In this document: positions 30,731 to 41,500 of the stretch, piece after piece
Layout: each line of letters opens with the position of its first letter
Position numbering within the stretch: the first letter of the stretch is position 1
Virus record (IMG/VR): IMGVR_UViG_3300046385_000041
Span: 1-60,150 of that record
Strand: one strand, 5' to 3'
DNA length: 60,150 nucleotides
From: a virus
Taxonomy: Duplodnaviria; Caudoviricetes
The notes under the pieces: generated by a model
Databases searched by the model: none
Told to the model about the DNA's origin: nothing
Seen by the model: the letters and a program-made list of their open reading frames with translations, nothing else
Position numbers and translations under genes: made by a program

Positions 30731-31168
30731 ATGACAAGAGCACAAGTAGAAAATTCAATAAACATTAACTTAGCTAGCGGGAGTAACATCCTAGCTAGCG
30801 AGCATAGACAAGTTGAAAACGATATATTAGACTATATAGACACGCAAATTTTAGATGTTAGAAGTCAAAATAAATTAAAATTTATACATTCAGTTCCGGT
30901 TCAAATACCAGGACAGCCAACCGGGGATGTTCCGGCTTCCGGTGGATCACAGGTTATTACATTCCCAGGCAGTATTGTATTACCAAATGTTGATTATATT
31001 GTTGTTGGAACATTAGGGGTTTCGTCTGGAAGTACTAATCTTGATCAAGACACTACTGTATTGTTTACAATATCAGCTAAAGGATTGGATCAAATTAGTG
31101 TTACGTATCACGAAACAGATTCTTATGCTCAGCATTTGTACTTCCAATTTGCCGTATTCCAAAACTAG
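30731..31168 (+). CDS. Small structural/fibre-like protein
   Basis: ORF inserted between the two muzzle-like genes. Confidence 0.55.
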   Translation: MTRAQVENSININLASGSNILASEHRQVENDILDYIDTQILDVRSQNKLKFIHSVPVQIPGQPTGDVPASGGSQVITFPGSIVLPNVDYIVVGTLGVSSGSTNLDQDTTVLFTISAKGLDQISVTYHETDSYAQHLYFQFAVFQN

Positions 31169-31180
31169 ATTATTTTATTG

Positions 31181-31247
31181 CACGGGTGTCTATTAGATTA
31201 GGCATCCGTGTTGTAAACCAAGTTATAAATAAGTAATAATAAAAGTA
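31181..31247 (+). promoter_or_regulatory. Hairpin plus putative late promoter
   Basis: CACGGGTGTCTA/TAGGCATCCGTG stem (31181-31210); AAGTAATAATAAAAGTA at 31231. Confidence 0.45.
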
Positions 31248-32716
31248 TGGCAGCAGTAGTAGAAGTTAAATATTTTAATACCTTTTTGTTAAAAAAAGTA
31301 TTTGCAAATGGAGATACACCAGTTTTTGGTGGTTCGTTTGGCGTACCTGCTCCATTGAATGGTAGTTGGCCAGCTCCTGGAATGACTTTAAGCGTAGCAA
31401 AGGAATGGCTTATAGAAGAATCTAGAATACAAGGAGGATATAATAATTCATCAGTAGATTTTGGAGCAAAAGCATATATTGTTGAAGATGATAATGTATC
31501 GTCAATAAGGGATAGCTCGTTAATATATTCTGGAATATTTAATTCTAGAACAGGCATTAATAATACCAATGTATTCTCAGCGGGCGAGGAAATAACAAAA
31601 AGCGTTGATCCAGCTAATGGATCTATACAAAGACTTTACGCAGAAGACACTAACTTAATAATACTACAAGAAAATAAAGTTAGTAGAGCATTGATAGACA
31701 AAGATGCAATATACTCAGCAGAAGGAGAAGGAACAGTTACATCATCAACCGCTGTAATTGGGCAGGTTCAAGCTTATGCCGGTAACTATGGCATTAGTAA
31801 GGACCCTGAGAGTTTTGCTGTTTATGGCTATCGAAAATACTTTACAGACAGATATAGAAATGCGGTTATAAGATTATCTCAAGATGGTATAACTGAAATA
31901 TCACAGTATGGTATGACTGACTGGTTTAGAGATGAGTTTGCTAGTATAGATGCTCCTGGATTACCAGGAAAAGTTATTGGTGGTTGGGATGTTTATAATA
32001 AAGAATATGTATTATCTTTACAACCAAATATAAATAACACAGAAGACGCAGCATATCACACATTGTCGTTTAGTGAAGATGCACAGGGGTTCCCTGCGTT
32101 TTTTACGTATAAACCTTCGCAAATAATAAGCTTAAAAAATAAGTTTTATACTTTACATAACGGAGCACTTTGGAGACATTATAATGAAGCTCCTAATACA
32201 AGATGTAATTTTTACGGCGTGCAATATGATTGCAGCGTTCAATTTATATTCAACGATAATCCAAGCAATGTTAAAATATTTAAAACCGCAAATTACGAAG
32301 GTAGTAATGGATGGCAAATAGATACATTTGTTTCTGATCTTACAGGTAAAGATTACTTAGCTAGCACTAATAGTTATGTTAATTCATACGACGCAGTTGG
32401 TATAAAGAATAATAACACTAGTCCTGCTGTATTTAGTTATACTGCTGGGGCTTATGATGATTATGGTAATTCATATCCATCAACGTTATATCCTCCGATA
32501 AACAGAGCTGGGTTTGACAGAAAAGAAAATAAATATATGGCTGTTCTAATAAATAAAAGTGAGCCAAACCAAGAAGAGATTTCGTGGGGTGAAGATATAT
32601 CCGGAATTAAAGGATACTTTGCTACTGTTACAATGTCTCTTGATGGGGTTACAGATGTTGGAGGAGCAAAAGAATTGTTTTCTGTTTCAACAGGATGTGA
32701 TTACTCAACATATTAA
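31247..32716 (+). CDS. Tail nozzle/muzzle protein, C-terminal part
   Basis: GSIQRL, YGISKDPESFA, YFTD, VIRLSQDGITEIS beta-propeller motifs. Confidence 0.7.
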   Translation: MAAVVEVKYFNTFLLKKVFANGDTPVFGGSFGVPAPLNGSWPAPGMTLSVAKEWLIEESRIQGGYNNSSVDFGAKAYIVEDDNVSSIRDSSLIYSGIFNSRTGINNTNVFSAGEEITKSVDPANGSIQRLYAEDTNLIILQENKVSRALIDKDAIYSAEGEGTVTSSTAVIGQVQAYAGNYGISKDPESFAVYGYRKYFTDRYRNAVIRLSQDGITEISQYGMTDWFRDEFASIDAPGLPGKVIGGWDVYNKEYVLSLQPNINNTEDAAYHTLSFSEDAQGFPAFFTYKPSQIISLKNKFYTLHNGALWRHYNEAPNTRCNFYGVQYDCSVQFIFNDNPSNVKIFKTANYEGSNGWQIDTFVSDLTGKDYLASTNSYVNSYDAVGIKNNNTSPAVFSYTAGAYDDYGNSYPSTLYPPINRAGFDRKENKYMAVLINKSEPNQEEISWGEDISGIKGYFATVTMSLDGVTDVGGAKELFSVSTGCDYSTY

Positions 32717-32731
32717 ATTAAATTAAATTAA

Positions 32732-33139
32732 ATGGAATTACAAGCAAGAACACTTAAAGAATCAGATTGGGAAACAATGCAGTCATGGTGGAAAGCCTGG
32801 GGCTGGCCTGAGATGAGTAAAGATTTGATGCCACTAAATGGGTTAGGCGGATTAATGATTGAGAAGGAAGGTAAAGCAATAGCCTCTGGCTTTTTGTATT
32901 TAACAAATTCAAAGGTTGCATGGACAGAATGGATTGTATCCGATCCTGAATATAGACAAGAAGATAGAGTTGATGCTTTGACTATGCTTGTTAGTGGATT
33001 GGAAGAAATCGCCGTTGCTGCTGGTTATCAAATAATATTAAGTGTTGGTAGAAATAAAGGTTTATTGAATATACATAAAGAATTAGGATACACGGTTGAT
33101 GATTCTCCGTCGTATGAAATATCGAAAAAAATAGCATAA
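32732..33139 (+). CDS. GNAT-fold protein (position equivalent to T7 gp13)
   Basis: GNAT-like pattern ending HKELGY; sits between nozzle and ejection genes. Confidence 0.55.
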   Translation: MELQARTLKESDWETMQSWWKAWGWPEMSKDLMPLNGLGGLMIEKEGKAIASGFLYLTNSKVAWTEWIVSDPEYRQEDRVDALTMLVSGLEEIAVAAGYQIILSVGRNKGLLNIHKELGYTVDDSPSYEISKKIA

Positions 33140-33140
33140 T

Positions 33141-34088
33141 ATGGCAGTAGTAGCAGCAATAGGAGCAGGCGTGGCGGTTGCAGGCGGACTAATATCCGCT
33201 AATCAATCTAAACAAGCCGCAAAAGGTTTTGCAAATGATGCAAAGCGTAAAGAATGGGAACTTCAGGAATTAAAGAATAAGAGACAGGCTATCCCTAATC
33301 CTTACGAAAATGTAAAGGATCTTAGCTCTATTGCTACAGATACAAGTTTACTAGCCAAAGACCTAAGCGGAATGGTAACTGACCTAAGCGGCATTAATAA
33401 AGATGTTAGCGGTATGGCTACTAATCTTAGCGGTATGATTACTAATCCATACGAAAGTATTGGTGTTGCTACTCAAGCAGCTGAGATGCAAATTGAAGAA
33501 GCTGATATATCATTAGCTAATACATTAGATACTTTAAGAGCGACTGGTTCAGGCGCAGGAGGAGCTACTGCATTAGCACAGGCTGCATTACAGAGCAAAA
33601 AAGGTGTTGCTGCTAGTATAGAGTCACAAGAAGCAGCTAATGAGAAACTAAAAGCTCAAGGGCGTGCTGAAATGCAACAAGCAAAAATGGCTGAAGCTCA
33701 GAGAGTGCAAAACTTACAAATGAGCGAAGCGCAAAGATTGCAGAGCGGTCAGTTTAGCGAAGCTCAAAGAGTTCAGATGGCTGGAGTTAGCGAGGCTGGC
33801 AGATTACAAAATTTACAGATGTCAGAAGCAGAAAGGCTGCAGGGTATTAAGCTGAATGAAGCAGCTAGATTGCAACAAGCGGAAATCGAAGGAACTAAAT
33901 TCCAATATGGCGAACAAGAATCTAGGGATATAGCAGAATTAAATAGAATATCAGGACAACAAGCTCAAGCGCAAGCTAATCAGGCAGCGGCAAAACAATC
34001 TCAAAATTCAGCATATGGATCTATAGCAAGTGGGCTAGGAAGTATTGCTGGAGGCGTTTTAGCCGGAGGTTATGCAGGTAAAAAATAA
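33141..34088 (+). CDS. Internal virion/ejection protein
   Basis: Gly/Ala hydrophobic termini, Gln/Ala-rich coiled coil with 7-aa and 11-aa repeats. Confidence 0.65.
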   Translation: MAVVAAIGAGVAVAGGLISANQSKQAAKGFANDAKRKEWELQELKNKRQAIPNPYENVKDLSSIATDTSLLAKDLSGMVTDLSGINKDVSGMATNLSGMITNPYESIGVATQAAEMQIEEADISLANTLDTLRATGSGAGGATALAQAALQSKKGVAASIESQEAANEKLKAQGRAEMQQAKMAEAQRVQNLQMSEAQRLQSGQFSEAQRVQMAGVSEAGRLQNLQMSEAERLQGIKLNEAARLQQAEIEGTKFQYGEQESRDIAELNRISGQQAQAQANQAAAKQSQNSAYGSIASGLGSIAGGVLAGGYAGKK

Positions 34089-34114
34089 GCCAAGTAAATT
34101 AAAAAATATAGATA

Positions 34115-35548
34115 ATGGGGTATTACGAAAATCCACCGATAATTAATATGAATCCAGGAGCAGATAAAATTGCCTCTGGATTTGCAAGCGCTGCTAATTC
34201 TATAGCTGAAGCCTTAATAAAAAGAGGCGATAGACTAAGAGAAGAGGAAAAAGAGGAGAAACTAACAATAAAAAAACTACAGGAGGAAAAAAATAAAGTA
34301 GACCTTTACTATAATGACCATATGTCAAACTTTAGTAAAGATCAACCTCAAGGTAATCCTATATCTGAGCAATCAAAAGCTTTGTTGCAACAGAAAATTC
34401 AAATGGCGGCAGATGCTAGAATTGCATTGACAATGGAAACCAACGCTACAAAACGTCAGGAATATTTAAAAACCATAAGAAATGCTGAAAGTTTTATGGA
34501 TGTAGCGGGTAAGTTTGGTAAAACTGCTGCCGGTGAAATTTTAACATATAAGCAAACGCCTGGAATCGCAATGAATACTCCTGGCGGTTGGGCTATAAAT
34601 TCAGATGATACTAATCTTGGCAAAACAACTAATACTTTAAATGTTTTAGCTGGTTTAACGCAGGATTATGAAAGCCACAATATAGAATTAATTGACAAAG
34701 GCGACACTTTTGCTGTTAAGGTAACTGGTAAGAAAAAGAGCGGGGAGACTTTTGAAAACATTATTAATGCTAGCGACTATCTAAATTCTGACGGTAGTGG
34801 TACAGGTGGGTTTTTACAAAAAGTTGAAAATGTAGATGAGTTTAGAGATTTAGCCAAAAAAAATATAGTAAACGAAAAAGGAATTATTCTAGAAAACTTT
34901 CTTGGTTCCGCGACAGAAACCGTTAGACTTGAAAGTAAAGGTGATGCTTATCAGATAAATGGAGCTAGACGATTAAACGAAGAAAAAATTAGAAAAGAAA
35001 TTAGATCGCAAGCAGATGTAAAAGCGGCTGGATATATAAGAGCCAATGATCAAGCCAGCCTTAGAGCATTAATTAATTCTACTTTAGGTAAAGGCCCTTC
35101 ATATTATGACAAGTATTTTAAAGGTATAATTGACCCTGAAAGACAAACGCAAGAATTAGCTGCTTTATTAGAAGAAAATGCGTTCCAATCTTTTGTTGGC
35201 GGCTATGAAACTACAAAAGAAGGTGATAAAACGATTTACTGGGGTGGCAATGGAAAACCTGTAATGGTACCAAAAGAAAAGAAAACTTTAGGCGGATCTT
35301 CAAGTAAAACTACCGGAGCAGGTAAAACTACTGGTACAATTAAAAATCAACAAGCTTTTAATAAAAGAGTAGAAAACTTGATTAAAACTAAAAAAGGCGG
35401 TATTTCTAAAGGAGGATTTACATTAGGCTTATTGGATGGAAAATGGGCTTTATATGATAAAGATGGCGCGCCAAAAGTTGGAACAGAAAATATCACTAGC
35501 CCTAGCGCATTGGCAACATACATTGGATATGCGCCTGAATTACCTTAA
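34115..35548 (+). CDS. Internal virion/ejection protein
   Basis: Second of three increasing-size genes after the nozzle. Confidence 0.55.
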   Translation: MGYYENPPIINMNPGADKIASGFASAANSIAEALIKRGDRLREEEKEEKLTIKKLQEEKNKVDLYYNDHMSNFSKDQPQGNPISEQSKALLQQKIQMAADARIALTMETNATKRQEYLKTIRNAESFMDVAGKFGKTAAGEILTYKQTPGIAMNTPGGWAINSDDTNLGKTTNTLNVLAGLTQDYESHNIELIDKGDTFAVKVTGKKKSGETFENIINASDYLNSDGSGTGGFLQKVENVDEFRDLAKKNIVNEKGIILENFLGSATETVRLESKGDAYQINGARRLNEEKIRKEIRSQADVKAAGYIRANDQASLRALINSTLGKGPSYYDKYFKGIIDPERQTQELAALLEENAFQSFVGGYETTKEGDKTIYWGGNGKPVMVPKEKKTLGGSSSKTTGAGKTTGTIKNQQAFNKRVENLIKTKKGGISKGGFTLGLLDGKWALYDKDGAPKVGTENITSPSALATYIGYAPELP

Positions 35549-35565
35549 TACTAAATATAATAAAC

Positions 35566-38500
35566 ATGTCTATATACACTTATAACGGAGCAGAATTTTC
35601 AGAAGAAGATGTAATTGCTAAAGCAAAAGAAAAAGGTATGGATTTAGATTCATATATTAATAAATTTGGCATTGAGAAAACTGATGCGGAAGGTCCGGGA
35701 AAGAAGAAACCCGTTGTAGCAAAGGGTGCAACTGTAGCGGGAACAAAAAATACGGCATCCAAATCGGCAAAACCTTCGTCGGTATCACAAGATAATCCTT
35801 TTGGCAAAGTAAAAATATTTGATCCGTTAAATATTACTAAAAATGCTTTAGACAATGCGCAAATTGCAAAAAACCCATCAAAACCAGTTAGCGTAAAAAA
35901 ACCATCATCTACTATTAAACCATATTCAGAATACAAAAATGAATATGAAGAAAATAAGCAAAAAGAAGAGGAGGGTACATTTTCAAATTATTTAAAAGAA
36001 TCTTTTGATTCCGCAGTGTCTACAGCTGTAAAATCAATATATAAGACACCTGAATATGTTTATAATGCCGCAGCTTCCATAACAAATCCAATAGTTGAAG
36101 CAATAGGCGATATTGTTGGCGAAGATGTTGTCCCTACATCCGCTGATAAAATAATGAAAGAATATGGTATTCGTAATATACCGGCGGATATTTTAGCAAA
36201 AAGAATAAAGCAATCTGATAAAATTATACAAGAATATAGCGCAAAAAACGGTGGTGATCCTTTAACCGCTATAGAAAACGGAAATTATTTAGGAGCTGCA
36301 AAACTTATAGCTGGAGGAACTGTTCAATCTTTTCCTATGATGGCTGCTGCTATGTTAAGCGGTGGGAGTACTACTGCTTTAGCGGGTATAGCTGCATCAA
36401 CTGCCGTATCTAAAGCTGATCAATTAGAACAAGAAAATCCAGAAATGGGGTTAGGAGAGAGAACTATAAATTCTGCTACGTCTGGTTTATTAGAAAGTTA
36501 CTTGGGTCATTTATTTACCGGAGCATCTGGCGCTGCAGTTAGTAAAATTTTGGAAAAGCAAGGAACCGAAATTGGGTCTAAATTAATCTCAAACGGATTA
36601 GTTAATACTTTAGCTAATGCGATAGAAAAAAATCCATTAATAGGCGTTTTAGGGGAAGTTGTAGAAGAAGGGGCTGTTGAATTAGGTAATCAATTAAACG
36701 ATATAAAATCCGGCATTAGAAAAGAGTTAGATTACAGAGCTATAGCAAATAATGGCATTATTGCAACCGGTATGGCTGGTACAAATACGGTGCCTATTTA
36801 TGCGGCTAAAGGTTATATGAAATCAAAAGAATATAATCAGCTTAAGAATGTAAATAAGGAAATACATAGTTTAAGCAGTCAATTATCCAACCCTTATGTA
36901 AATAAAGATGATAAAAAAATAATATCTTCTAGAATAGCAAGATTAGCGGATGAAAATAAAGCTATAGCAGGAAAATCTCTTGAGAAAATTAAAGCTTTAC
37001 CTATTAGTGTAAAAACAGAAATTAACACTATAAACTCTGATTTAGATAATATAAAAAATAAATATTTAAATATAATTGATAATTCAGAAATACCTGCTGA
37101 AGCACAAAAGGGTATGATTGACGAGTTATCTTTACAAGCTAAAGAATTACATAATAGAAAGGCTAGCATAATAGAAGGCAATTATATATATGATGATTTT
37201 AGAAAATTGCCTATAGCGGAGCAAGATAAATTCAAAGAGACGGCAAATAACATACTTGCTAAAGAGTCAGGCCAAGAAGAAGGTATGTTTAAACCTTCTA
37301 AAGACGAAATAGATCGCAAAGCCGTTGAAATTTACAATGAGGATCTACGCGTTAAAGGCCTTGCAAAAGAAGTTGAATTAGTACAAAAGTTAATAGAGCC
37401 TGGTAATATCGGTGAGATTGTTAATGGCATTGGTAAAAATAAACCTGTTGAGATATTTGAAACTCCAGAGGATTTACAAAAAGCATACGCTGACTATATG
37501 CTGGCTAGCGGTGATACTGAAGAAGTTAGAGATGTAACCAACGAAATTGGTTTTATGCTTGGCAATCAAGTTGTAATTAACAAAAAAATAGCAGAGACAT
37601 TTCAAGAAGGTAGTACCGTTGGCAGGCACGAATTATTACATAAAATATTAAAATCATCTTTTAGTGACGCAGTTGAAGGCCAAAAATTAAAAGATAAATT
37701 TTTATCGGTATTAAGTAAAAAAGAAAGGGATGTTATTGACAAAAGACTTGAAGATAGAGAATACACAAAAAAATATTTAGATAGTTCTCCTGATGAATAT
37801 TTAACACAGTTTTTCGAAGCTTTGGAAGCAAAGGAAATTGAATATGGTGATAGATCATTTTTGAACATGTGGAAATCATTTATGCAGCCTATATATCAAA
37901 AACTAGGTTTTAGAAAATTAGATTTTAAAAGCGGTTCAGATGTATATAATTTTGTAAAGGATTATCACAAAAGCGTTGCTAAAAGTGGATTATCAGAAAG
38001 AGCAAAGTCATTACTTGAAAAAGGTAAAACTATTGAATCAGATGTTAAATCTTCTAGAGCACAATCTGAAATATTAAAACAGGAATTAATAAAATTAAAT
38101 GAAAATGAATTTGAATATGATCCTGATGATTTTGAAAAGCAAGTAGAAAATCTTGAGTTTAAAATTAAAAGGGAAATTGAAAAAGAAAAGTCTAACCCTA
38201 AAGTGGAAACCGTTAAAAAAGAAGTTTTAACAGAAGAAGACGAAGTAAAAGAAATAATAAAAGAAAATAGAGCTTCTGTAGCTTCTGATAAAGTTCAAAA
38301 AATTTACGAATTAAAAGGGAAAGAAGGCGCTCAAGATATTATAAATTTGTTTAAACCTATTACTAAAAAAATAGTTGATAAACGAAGAGATGCCCCCGAT
38401 TTTGATCGTGAATTATTAACAGATGAAATTGAAACTGGGGTAGGTGGAATTTTAGATTTAATTACAAAATATAATCCTGAATCCGGAATTCCATTAGCGG

Positions 38501-41500
38501 CTTATATTAATAAATATTTGCCAGTAAGAGCTATTGCTACTTCAAAAAGATTACTTGGTAAAGAATTTAGCAAAGATGTTACAGAAGAAAAAGCCTTAAT
38601 GGCTGAAGAAACTGTTCCTGAGGTAAAAGAAAAACAAAAGTATGCAAATGCATTGGAATCAAAAGTTTTTAGCAAAGAAGCTATTGAAACGATTAATAAA
38701 AAGATATTAAGCGTTGTTAGAACTTTGAAATCTAAAATTGATGCACCTGTATCTATAAATAGAACTATTACGCCATTAATTGCTGAAATTAGAGATGAAA
38801 TTGGCAAGCAAGTTGATATTGACGTTAAAACCGCAATGGGTGGTAAAAAAGATAATCAACTTAAAAATTGGTTATTAAAGAATAAGAAATATATTCTTGA
38901 AAATATGACCACAACGTGGTTAATGGGATTAGATGGTAAAGGTGGTATACCACAAGCTATTCAAAAACAAATTGATGGTAAGTGGGTTAATTACCCTGAA
39001 TGGGTCGGAAAGAAAATAGATAGAGAATCCGTTGCAACTGATAGCGCAGGCAGAACTTCCGGAGCCGAACTTGTTAGAAGATTACCTAACGTTGCTAATA
39101 ATATTTCTAATGAAGATTTTTTAAGTAATGTTTTAGAACCATCAGGAAATCCTATAAGAGGTAGAAAAGAATCATTAGCTAAAGCAATAGCTGAAGAAAC
39201 TTCATTTGATATTATATTAAATGATTTTGAAAATGATGGTCCTATTTTTCAGGCATTTGAGACTAATCAAGAAAGACAGGGTGTAGAAGTTAAAGAAGTA
39301 ATAAAAACAGATTTTTTAAGACAGGTTGAAAGGGGTAATATTAAGTTTTCATTAAGCCCAAAAGCTAAAGAAGAATTTAATGATAGCGTTGATGAAATGT
39401 TTGAAGCCATTAGTTTAAAGGGCAGAATAACTAAAGCTAAATTAAGACGCATTGTTAATAATGTTTTTCCTGATTGGACGCAAGACGATAAAGACGAAGT
39501 AACCAATAAATTTGGCACATATATAAGATCTGCGATTCAAACTATAGGAAGAAAATATAGAGAAAAAGAAACGATTAAAGCTGCAAAAGTAAAAGATGCT
39601 ATACGCGCATTTACAGATAGTGTTGATGATGGCGTTGCAATTGGTGTACGCTTAGGCGTTCCGTCTGTAACTGCTAATCTTAAGAATAGCGAGCACATAA
39701 AAGAATTGCAAGATATAAATATTGATTTTGGACAGCAATTATTAAAAGACGTTGGTCAACGCGAAGGTTTAGAATTATTAGCTTCTTTTTGGTATCCTTC
39801 TGTTGCAGGAAGAACTAAAGACGAATCTAAATCTATATTTAAAGGCAAAGGAAGTTTCAGACAATTTTTACAAGATATTCAAGATGGATTTGATAATAAA
39901 ATTAAATTTGAAGATTTGAATATTGATAGAAAAAGTAATGCTGTAACTAAGGAAATGGTTGATGGGAATATTTCTGCAGAAAGTAAAGCTAATGATCTTA
40001 GAGTATCAGGAAATGCATGGGACTTTACTAATAGATCTGTAGAATTTTTTGCTAAAGAAGTAAAAGATCCAAATAATGGATATTCAAACAAGCATTTAGC
40101 TTCATTACTAACGATGCTAATCTATGAAAGAAACTCCGCTTTAAGAAGTGCAGCGCCAGCCACCGGAGTAATCGTAGATCCTAGAATTAAAAATATTAAA
40201 AAATACGATTATGACCACTCTGTTCCTGCTAGATATGTATTGTCTAGGCTAATGGATAAATATGTTGATGGTAAAGATGTTGATTTAAATAAGCTTAAAA
40301 AAGATTATATTGTTACTGTTATACCTTTAACAATGACCGAGTCTTTAAAAAATGCTGGATTACAATCAATGATGCCGTATGACTACAAAGATGGAGATGG
40401 AGCGGATTCTAGATTGCAATATGGGAATAAGGACATTTCTAGAATGATTAAATTTAGTTTATCAACAAAAGCTAATTTAAAATGGGAGAATAATTTAGGA
40501 GTTACTTCCGCCGATTTCAAAGTAGGTAAATATAATTATACTATAAAAACAGCACCTATAAAAAGTTATGGTATTGAAGGCGAACCAGGAATGGATAAAA
40601 CTTTTAAAAAAATAGCTAATAATTTAGAAATACCTTTAACGCAATTAACAAATAATAAAAATTTTAATTGGGTATCATTTGCAGAGGAAAACGGTGGAAA
40701 TGGAATTTTAAATACAGGTAATGCGTTTAAAGTATTCGGAATTGTTACCAACGGGCTTATTGATTATATTGAAAAAAATAATATAGAGGGAATTGCTTTT
40801 AGCGCAGACTCCACAGAACCAAGTCGCGTTAGACTATATAAAACATTAGCTAGCACAATAGGGGCCAAACTAGGGTGGGAGTACACTGCTGTAGATTCAG
40901 AAACCAAAGAAAATGGAATTGTTTTTGTAGTAAATTCTTCTAATTCGGACTCGTTCAAAAATCAATCCGAGATACAACAAGGAAAAATTAAATTTAGCAA
41001 AGCAATATCTCCAACATTTAATAAAATAATAGAAGAGAATAAAGGAATAGAGGATTACAAAAACTTCTCCGACATTGTAGCTAGAAGACGAGGCGCAGGT
41101 AAAAATAAGTTTGATATTTATGTCCCTGCTTCAGCGGCTGACTTTGAATTATTACTTTACAATTTTATGGGTGAGGGCAAAAAAGGTGAAGAACAAAAGA
41201 AATTTTTTACCGAAACATTATTAAAACCTTATGCTAATGGAAATGATTTAATGGATGCTGCAAGGCAATCTATTAAAAAAGAGTATAAACAATTATTAAA
41301 TGAGTTTACAGATGTAGCTAAGATGATTGAAAAAAGAACTCCAGATGGAGACTTTACTTACGATCAAGCAATTCGTGTTGCAATGTGGAATGATGAAGGT
41401 GCTGACATCCCAGGCTTATCACAACGCGACTCTAACAAGCTAACTACACTTGTTAACTCAGATCCAGAATTAAAAGCCTTTAAAGATGCTTTAATTGTAA

